The translations under genes were made by a program, and so were the position numbers. 64,000 nt of DNA from an uncultured Bacteroidaceae bacterium (lineage in GTDB: Bacteria > Bacteroidota > Bacteroidia > Bacteroidales > Bacteroidaceae): NCBI GenBank assembly GCA_944321635.1, contig CALULY010000003.1, positions 14,399-78,398 of the forward strand. The letters are read 5' to 3'. Each line of letters starts with the position of its first letter. Position 1 is the first letter of the stretch. This document shows positions 57,368 through 64,000 of the stretch, in pieces. The notes under the pieces were generated by a model. The model made no database searches, was not told the DNA's origin, and saw only the letters and a list, made by a program, of their open reading frames with translations.

Positions 57368-59248
57368 TCACCCTATCCCCTCGTGCTCGCAGTAGTCGAT
57401 GAGCGAGCGGTTGGCCATGCGCACCCCGCCGGGCGTGGGATAGTCGCCGCTGAAGTACCAATCGCCCCTATGCCCCGGGCATGACTCGTGCAGGCCGGCA
57501 ATGGTCTGGTAGACGATCTCGACCTCGGCGCGGGTGCCACGGGGCGTGAGCAGTTCGACAATCTTGGCAGAGATCTCGTCGTCGGTGAACGGGGCATATA
57601 TGTCCTTGACGCAATTGGCCATGGGCAGCGTGCCGGCCAGCATAGCCCGTGCCTTGCGGCAGGCCTCGGCGGCGATGGCGGTCATGCCACTGTCTGACAG
57701 CAGGGCCATGGCGGCACGGAAGGCGATGAACTGCTCCATGCTCGACATGTCTATGCCGTAGTAATCGGGGTAGCGCACCTGGGGCGACGACGAGACGATC
57801 ACTATCTTCCTCGGGCCGAGGCGGTCGAGTATGCCGATGATGCTCTGGCGCAGGGTCGTGCCGCGCACTATGCTGTCGTCGATGATCACGAGGTTGTCCT
57901 GCCCGGGCACGAGGCTGCCGTAGGTGATGTCGTAGACGTGCGCCGCCAGGTCGTTGCGTGTGTTGCCCTCGGCTATGAAGGTGCGGAGCTTGATGTCCTT
58001 GATCGCCACCTTCTCCGAACGGACGCGCAGGGAGAGGATGCGCTCAAGCTCGTCATGGGCAGGGGCATGGCCGAGGGATTCGATCATGCGCACCTTGTGC
58101 TGGTTGAGATGCTCGTTGAGCCCTTCCATCATGCCGCAAAACGCTACTTCCGCCGTGTTGGGGATGAAGGAGAAGACCGTGTGCGCGAGGTCGCCGCCCA
58201 CCTTGTCGAGGATCGGAGCGACGAGCTTGCGGCCCAGCATCTTCCGCTCACGGTAGATGTCCGCATCGCTGCCCCGGCTGAAGTATATCCGCTCGAAAGA
58301 GCAAGGGGCGTAGCCTCGCGGCTCGTTTATCTGTGCCAGGCGCATCGCCCCTGCCTTGTCGATGAGCAGGGACTGGCCGGGCTGGAGCTCGTTGATGTCG
58401 TCGGCTTTGACGTTCAACACGGTCTGGATGACGGGACGCTCGGAGGCAAGGACTATGATCTCATCGTCGGCATACCAGAATGCCGTCCTTATGCCCCACG
58501 GGTCACGCACGGCGAATGATTCGCCGCTGCCGGTGACGCCGCAGATGACATATCCGCCGTCCCACTTGGCACTCGACGTGCGCAAGACATTTGCCATGTC
58601 TATGCGCCGCTCGATGGCGTGGGTGATGTCCATCCCCTCAAGCCCCTCGTCCTTGCACTGTACGTAGATGCGCTCAACCTCGCGGTCGAGACGATGCCCC
58701 ACCTGCTCAAGCATGATGTAGGTGTCGGCATACTTGCGGGGATGCTGCCCGGCCGCAGTTATGTCGGCAAAGATCTCATCGACGTTTGTCAGGTTGAAGT
58801 TGCCGCACAACGCGAGATTCTTTGCCCGCCAGTTGTTGCGGCGCAGGAACGGGTGGACGTAGGAAAGGCCGCTCTTGCCCGTCGTCGAGTAACGGAGATG
58901 GCCCATGTAGAGTTCGCCGGCGAATGGCAGTACAGCCTCGGCGTAGGCGGCATCGGCCATTTGCTCCGGGGTCAAATCACGGAAGTAGGAGTGCACGGTG
59001 TCGAATATCTCGGTTATCGCCCCCGTGCCGAGGCCGCGCTCACGGAACATATATTCCTCACCCGGGTTCGCCTTGAGCTTGACGCAGGCCAAGCCCGCCG
59101 CCTCCTGGCCACGGTTGTGTTGTTTCTCCATCAGGAGGTAGAGTTTGTTGAGGCCGTACATCCATGTGCCGTACTTCTGCTGGTAGTATTCGAGCGGTCG
59201 CAGCAGGCGTATCATTGCCACGCCGCATTCGTGTTTCAACGTCTCCAT
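57368..59248 (-). CDS. purF: Amidophosphoribosyltransferase (long Bacteroidota-type)
   Basis: N-terminal nucleophile Cys in HECGVAMI, and the PRPP motif VIIDDSIVRGTT. 626 aa. Confidence 0.9.
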   Translation of the reverse strand: METLKHECGVAMIRLLRPLEYYQQKYGTWMYGLNKLYLLMEKQHNRGQEAAGLACVKLKANPGEEYMFRERGLGTGAITEIFDTVHSYFRDLTPEQMADAAYAEAVLPFAGELYMGHLRYSTTGKSGLSYVHPFLRRNNWRAKNLALCGNFNLTNVDEIFADITAAGQHPRKYADTYIMLEQVGHRLDREVERIYVQCKDEGLEGMDITHAIERRIDMANVLRTSSAKWDGGYVICGVTGSGESFAVRDPWGIRTAFWYADDEIIVLASERPVIQTVLNVKADDINELQPGQSLLIDKAGAMRLAQINEPRGYAPCSFERIYFSRGSDADIYRERKMLGRKLVAPILDKVGGDLAHTVFSFIPNTAEVAFCGMMEGLNEHLNQHKVRMIESLGHAPAHDELERILSLRVRSEKVAIKDIKLRTFIAEGNTRNDLAAHVYDITYGSLVPGQDNLVIIDDSIVRGTTLRQSIIGILDRLGPRKIVIVSSSPQVRYPDYYGIDMSSMEQFIAFRAAMALLSDSGMTAIAAEACRKARAMLAGTLPMANCVKDIYAPFTDDEISAKIVELLTPRGTRAEVEIVYQTIAGLHESCPGHRGDWYFSGDYPTPGGVRMANRSLIDYCEHEGIG

Positions 59249-59302
59249 TGTCGTTAGTGGTGTTGGTTGTCGTGTCGCTTATATATAATATGTATAGGAA
59301 TG

Positions 59303-59329
59303 AAAAAAGGAAGCCACACTGTGACTTCC
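59303..59329 (-). terminator. Hairpin + T-run after the LysM transglycosylase gene
   Basis: On the minus strand: GGAAGTCACAGTGTGGCTTCC followed by TTTTTT. Confidence 0.55.
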
Positions 59330-59346
59330 CCGTGATGCTGACGCAT

Positions 59347-60612
59347 TCATCTGACGCGGAGGCTCTTGCCGGCCGATATGCGGTCGTTCCTCAAGCCGTT
59401 CAACCGTTTCAGCTTGCTGACCGTCGTGCCGTAGCGCCGTGCGATGGTCGAGAGTGTTTCCCCGCTGCGGATGCGATGATAACGGGGAGAGGAGGACGAC
59501 GAAGCGGCAGCTTGCTTTATCTCGACCGTCTTGCGTTTGGAGAAGAACTCGTCTGCCTTGTACTTGTACACCGAGTCTTCGTTGGCGAGGAACAGCCCCA
59601 GGTCTTCCTGCGGCAACCGCAACGTGCAGGGCATCGATTCACCGGGGATGATGTCGCGCTTGTACTGTGGGTTAAGGCTGCGCAACTCGTCCATCGGCAC
59701 GCCGCACACGTCTGCAATCTGTTGGAAGTGCAAGTTGCGGGCAATCATCACCGTGTCGGTGTCGAGCGAGAGGTCTGCCACGGAAGGACAGATGCCGTGC
59801 TCGCAATAGTAGTTCATCACATAGTTTGCCGCAATGAATGACGGGACATAGCCACGCGTCTCCTTAGGCAGACTGTTGTATATCTCCCAGTAATCGGTCT
59901 TGCCCCCGTTGCGTTTGATTGCCTTGTTGATTGTCCCCGGGCCGCAATTGTAGGCGGCGATGACCAACGACCAGTCGTGGTAGATTTCATACAAATCCTT
60001 GAGATATGCCACGGCAGCCCAAGTGGATTTGACCGGGTCGCGCCGCTCGTCTATCAATGAATTGCTCTTCAAGCCATAGACCTTGCCTGTCGTGAGCATG
60101 AATTGCCACAAACCGGTCGCCCCGGCACGCGAAACGGCAGAGGGATCCATGGCGGATTCTATGATGGGCAGGTACTTCAGTTCCAACGGCAGACCGCTCG
60201 CGTCCAGAGCTTCCTCGATGAGAGGCAGGTAGAAGTTTGACACACCTAACACCGTCGAGACCATCTGCCTCAGACGCGTCGTGTAGGCATCTATGTACTG
60301 GCGGACGACTGCATTGTAGGGCAGTTCGATCACCGTCGGGAGCTTTGACAGGCGGCTTATGTAGGTCGAGTCGTCATAGATCGGGTTAACGCCGTCGCCA
60401 TCACATCCCGCGCCGTCGATGAACACGAACTTCCGCGTCTTCCAATCGCTCAAGAGGCTGTCAACGGTGTTTGCCGTCATGCCGGTGGTCAGGGCAAGAT
60501 CCGCCTCTGGTTTGACCGGCACGGCATCAACACCGCCGTCCTGCGCATTGGCAACGCCAGCCGCAGAGGTCGCAACCAAGAGGGAAAGGCATAAAATCAG
60601 TTTGTTCTTCAT
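59347..60612 (-). CDS. MltD-like lytic transglycosylase with C-terminal LysM domain
   Basis: SLT motif IIESAMDPSAVSRAGATGLWQFM, and LysM YHRIRSGETLSTIARRYGTTVSKLKRLN. Confidence 0.85.
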   Translation of the reverse strand: MKNKLILCLSLLVATSAAGVANAQDGGVDAVPVKPEADLALTTGMTANTVDSLLSDWKTRKFVFIDGAGCDGDGVNPIYDDSTYISRLSKLPTVIELPYNAVVRQYIDAYTTRLRQMVSTVLGVSNFYLPLIEEALDASGLPLELKYLPIIESAMDPSAVSRAGATGLWQFMLTTGKVYGLKSNSLIDERRDPVKSTWAAVAYLKDLYEIYHDWSLVIAAYNCGPGTINKAIKRNGGKTDYWEIYNSLPKETRGYVPSFIAANYVMNYYCEHGICPSVADLSLDTDTVMIARNLHFQQIADVCGVPMDELRSLNPQYKRDIIPGESMPCTLRLPQEDLGLFLANEDSVYKYKADEFFSKRKTVEIKQAAASSSSSPRYHRIRSGETLSTIARRYGTTVSKLKRLNGLRNDRISAGKSLRVR

Positions 60613-60617
60613 TTGAG

Positions 60618-61352
60618 TTAAAATGTTAGCACATATTGCACACCGTAGGCGTTCTTCCTCGAAACGTTGTCGTCGATGACAGCCGGTGAGATGCCCATGC
60701 TCAGGTCTTGGGATATGTCAAAATTGGACAGTTCCGCATCAACGTATGCATCGATGATGGACAAGAGGTATACGCCGACGAATGCGAATATGCTTAAATC
60801 CCTGTATTTGCGGTAGTAGTCTTTCTTGTTCTTGAAAGTGTTCTTCAACTGGTTTTGTATCGCCTCGCTGCTCGCATCATAGCCTGGCGGGAGGAAATCC
60901 ATGAAACTGTTTGTCCGTGGATCGGAATCCATTATGTCAAGATAGGCCTGCGAATAGTCCTTGTACATACGGCTGTTCCACGTCAATGCGTAGGTGCAGG
61001 CCACGAAACCACCATAGTATATGGGCAATTTCCAATATTTCCGGTTATAGATTTGTCCCGCCCCCGGGAAAAGAGTGGCGAGCCACACGGCCTTGTTGGG
61101 GTCAGGGATCCACACCTTATTGGCATCAAAGCGGGACACCGAATCAACCAAGACCGAGTCAGGCACGACCAACGGACGGGATGCAAGCCCCGTGGTGTCA
61201 TTGACCACCGTCGTATCGGCATCCTCAGCCGCAATCATTGCATCGCGATGCCTCTGCGCTTTGGGCGTTGGCTTCTCATCCTGCTGGGCGAAAAGCCCGA
61301 CTGGCAGCAATAAAAGCAGGAACAGGATGTGCAGAAGCCTCTTTTGTCTCAC
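60618..61352 (-). CDS. DUF5683 domain protein
   Basis: LFPGAGQIYNRKYWKLP motif, in the conserved position after parB. The listed start is GTG and there is no nearby ATG. Confidence 0.7.
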   Translation of the reverse strand: MRQKRLLHILFLLLLLPVGLFAQQDEKPTPKAQRHRDAMIAAEDADTTVVNDTTGLASRPLVVPDSVLVDSVSRFDANKVWIPDPNKAVWLATLFPGAGQIYNRKYWKLPIYYGGFVACTYALTWNSRMYKDYSQAYLDIMDSDPRTNSFMDFLPPGYDASSEAIQNQLKNTFKNKKDYYRKYRDLSIFAFVGVYLLSIIDAYVDAELSNFDISQDLSMGISPAVIDDNVSRKNAYGVQYVLTF

Positions 61353-61466
61353 CTTGGGTGGTGTTTGTTACGGCGCAAAAATAGGAAATAAAAACGAAAT
61401 AGGACGTACCCCCATTCTGCCAAGCCCCGCCCATTGTGCCATGGGGGAGCAAGGCAGGAATGGCGG

Positions 61467-62354
61467 TCAACGTTTGAGAGTGTCAAACAACTCGATGATG
61501 CGCTCAAGGTCACGCTCGTTGTCAAATGGGATGCTTATCCTCCCCTTCCCGTCCTTGGAACACGTCAGCCCGACTTTCGCCTTGAAGAAAGAAGAGAGGT
61601 GGTTGCGCAGCACCTCGTACTCTTGCGGCAAGGCCGACTGCCTCTTGCCAGGCTTCACCGCGTCAAGGTCATATTCGCCGCCGGCAATCATCTTGACCAT
61701 CTCCTCCACCTTGCGCACGGAGTAGGAATGATCGATGATCTCCTGGAAAAGTTTCATCTGCATCTTCGGGTCGTCCAGTGCCAGGAGGGCGCGGGCATGA
61801 CCCATGTCAATCTGTTTGTTGCGGATAGCGACCTGCACCTTGGCAGGCAGCTTGAGCAGCCGCACATAGTTGGCGATGGTGGCACGTTTCTTCCCGATCC
61901 TTTCGCTCAACCTCTCCTGCGTCAGCCCGTATTGCTCGATGAGATGCTGGTAGGCCAAGGCTATCTCGATGGCGTTCAAATCTTCGCGTTGGATGTTCTC
62001 AATCAACGCCATCTCCATGACATTCTCGTCGTCGGCTGTCCTGACATAGGCGGGAATGGTGGACTTGCCGGCAAGCACCGAGGCACGGTAGCGTCGTTCA
62101 CCAGCAATGATCTGGTAGCTGCCCTCGCCCGTCTTGCGCAGCGTGATGGGCTGGATGATGCCAATCTCGGCGATGGAGTCGGCCAGTTCCTGCAACGCTT
62201 CCTGGTCGAATTCCCGCCTCGGCTGGTTGGGGTTTGCCGTGATCTCGTCGAGCGGCACTTCGTTTATGGTGGAAGAACCGTCCGTGTGGACTTCATCTGT
62301 GGATATAAGGGCATCGAGGCCGCGCCCGAGCGAATATTTTTTCCTTGCTGCCAT
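61467..62354 (-). CDS. parB: ParB/Spo0J chromosome partitioning protein
   Basis: GIIQPITLR, IIAGERRYRA and ENIQREDL motifs. Confidence 0.9.
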   Translation of the reverse strand: MAARKKYSLGRGLDALISTDEVHTDGSSTINEVPLDEITANPNQPRREFDQEALQELADSIAEIGIIQPITLRKTGEGSYQIIAGERRYRASVLAGKSTIPAYVRTADDENVMEMALIENIQREDLNAIEIALAYQHLIEQYGLTQERLSERIGKKRATIANYVRLLKLPAKVQVAIRNKQIDMGHARALLALDDPKMQMKLFQEIIDHSYSVRKVEEMVKMIAGGEYDLDAVKPGKRQSALPQEYEVLRNHLSSFFKAKVGLTCSKDGKGRISIPFDNERDLERIIELFDTLKR

Positions 62355-62360
62355 GTCGGT

Positions 62361-63128
62361 TTACTTTTCGTTTTTCACCAATATTTCCTTTGCCAGGGAC
62401 ATATAGTTCTTGGCACCCGTCGATTCGGCATCATACAACAGCACGGGAATCCCGTGGCTTGGCGCCTCGCTGAGCCGCACATTGCGCTGGATGACCGTTT
62501 GGAACACGAGTTCCTCGAAGTGGTTCTTCAATTCCTCATAGACCTGGTTGGCGCTGCGCAGGCGTGAGTCGTACATCGTGACGAGGAATCCCTCGATCTC
62601 CAACGCGGGGTTGAGCTTGGACTTTATGATCTTTATCGTGCTGAGCAACTTGCTTATGCCCTCCAGCGAGTAGTATTCGCTCTGCATCGGCACTATCACC
62701 GAGTCGGCTGCGGTCAGGCAATTGACCGTGATCAATCCCAGCGACGGCGAACAGTCCATGATGATGTAGTCATATTCCTTCTTCAACGGCTGGATGAGCT
62801 TGCGCATCACTTTCTCGCGGCTCGGCATGTTCAGCATCTCGATTTCAGCCCCCACGAGGTCGATGTGCGACGGGATCACGTCGAGGCTCTCGATGTCGGT
62901 CGTGAATATCGCCTCGTGAATGTCCACATCATTGACCAGACATTCGTAGATGGTGCATTCCGCCTGCTTGACATCCACCCCGAGACCCGACGAAGCATTG
63001 GCCTGCGGGTCGGCATCTATCACAAGCACTTTCTTTTCAAACGCCGCGAGCGAGGCGGCAAGGTTGACCGAAGTCGTGGTTTTCCCCACCCCTCCCTTTT
63101 GATTGGCCACAGCGATGGTTTTTCCCAT
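62361..63128 (-). CDS. parA: ParA/Soj chromosome partitioning ATPase
   Basis: Deviant Walker A NQKGGVGKTTT. Start trimmed to the ATG at 63128. Confidence 0.9.
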   Translation of the reverse strand: MGKTIAVANQKGGVGKTTTSVNLAASLAAFEKKVLVIDADPQANASSGLGVDVKQAECTIYECLVNDVDIHEAIFTTDIESLDVIPSHIDLVGAEIEMLNMPSREKVMRKLIQPLKKEYDYIIMDCSPSLGLITVNCLTAADSVIVPMQSEYYSLEGISKLLSTIKIIKSKLNPALEIEGFLVTMYDSRLRSANQVYEELKNHFEELVFQTVIQRNVRLSEAPSHGIPVLLYDAESTGAKNYMSLAKEILVKNEK

Positions 63129-63304
63129 ATATAACAATTTTGATGGCACGAAGTAAAGTTTTTTATGCCTTACGCCGCCTACCGGCACGCCTAACTTTAC
63201 TTAAAATGTTGGTAAGTCGCCCTTTTTGTTGAAAAGCAAAGCCCGCCGCGACAGCTGCGCAGCAGGCCTCGCCACACTGGCCGGCATAGTCCCGGCGGGG
63301 CATT

Positions 63305-63376
63305 CTTTGTTAGTCGCACTTACAACCCTTGTTAGTCTCAATAACAATCTTTGTTAGCCCCACTAACAAAGCACCC
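63305..63376 (+). repeat. F2 repeat array (three palindromic units)
   Basis: CTTTGTTAGTCGCACTTACAACCC TTGTTAGTCTCAATAACAATC TTTGTTAGCCCCACTAACAAAGCACCC. Confidence 0.9.
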
Positions 63377-63407
63377 TGCCACCGCTAAGCCGCACGCATC
63401 GGCTGCA

Positions 63408-64000
63408 TCAGAAGATGATGCCCACGCGGAATCCCGCATTGCTCTGCCCGTCGATAGGTGTCGTCAGCGTCGCGGTCTGATTGGTCGCGTAGCTGTAATA
63501 GCCCGCGACGCGGAAACCAAACCGCTTGCCGGCTGCCGGGTAAATCGCCGCTCCCAGCTCGGGCGAGACATAAAAGCCCCAGCTCTTGTCGTAGACGCCG
63601 CTGGTGCCATAGTAGGTGGTCGCTTTGGCATACATCGCACCCGCCTTCACTCCGACGTAGGGCCTGAAGTGCGCGTTGTCCCACAGCACATAGTTTGCCG
63701 CCGCGCCAAATGGCAACTGGTAATAGGAGCGTTGCTGGTCGGTCGTAAGCGCGCCAGTGCCGCCCATCGGCAGCGTCTGCCGGCCGACATACTTGTGGTT
63801 GGTGTGGAAATTGAAGAACCCACCCACCGACCAACGGGCCGCAAGGTCATAGTCCACCTCGAACGCCATGCCCCAACCTCCCAGCTTGTCAGCGAAGTCA
63901 CCGGAGAACGGACTGTTCATCTGCCACCCGATGTTGAGGTGCATCCTGTCATATTGTGATTGGGCATCAGCATCGACCGCGAATGCCATCGCCACCGCCA
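63408..64000 (-). CDS. Outer-membrane beta-barrel protein (OmpW/porin-like), 5' partial at the window edge
   Basis: Alternating aromatic/Gly beta-strand pattern with a C-terminal F. The visible N-terminus (AMAFAVDADAQ) looks like the end of a signal peptide, so the true start probably lies beyond 64000. Confidence 0.6.
   Translation of the reverse strand, partial: AVAMAFAVDADAQSQYDRMHLNIGWQMNSPFSGDFADKLGGWGMAFEVDYDLAARWSVGGFFNFHTNHKYVGRQTLPMGGTGALTTDQQRSYYQLPFGAAANYVLWDNAHFRPYVGVKAGAMYAKATTYYGTSGVYDKSWGFYVSPELGAAIYPAAGKRFGFRVAGYYSYATNQTATLTTPIDGQSNAGFRVGIIF

Overview
This window looks like a core-chromosome segment of a Bacteroidota (Bacteroidales-like) bacterium that is GC-rich for the group. 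Lineage evidence: three proteins end in type IX secretion C-terminal sorting domains, several genes are preceded by the Bacteroides -7 promoter box TAnnTTTG, and the order parA-parB-DUF5683-LysM transglycosylase is typical of the group. I call about 60 protein genes, 3 tRNAs (Thr-TGT and a tandem Arg-ACG pair) and several hairpin terminators. Most genes are housekeeping: pgk, nagB, adk, hpt, obg, ilvE, xseAB, mnmA, manA, recF, udk, pyrE, metH, smpB, purF. They lie mainly on the minus strand in long co-directional chains with 1-14 nt start/stop overlaps. I see no integrase, transposase, phage gene, CRISPR-cas, restriction-modification or toxin-antitoxin signature, so I cannot support a novel multi-gene protein system here. 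The unexplained signal is in the intergenic DNA. Three families of tandem palindromic repeat arrays (named here F1, F2, F3) each have 21-23 bp periodicity and together occupy 10 intergenic regions. A 200-nt rod-like inverted-repeat element sits upstream of recF and could be a 6S-like RNA or a MITE. Other points: an EF-G paralog whose catalytic His is replaced by Ser, an MBOAT acyltransferase split by a 1-nt frameshift, an 83-codon glycoside-hydrolase remnant next to a repeat cluster, and two tRNA-Arg copies that differ only by a compensatory acceptor-stem swap. The ORF track shows GTG/TTG starts as M. Where an internal ATG fits the conserved N-terminus or the neighbouring stop codon better, I trimmed the start.
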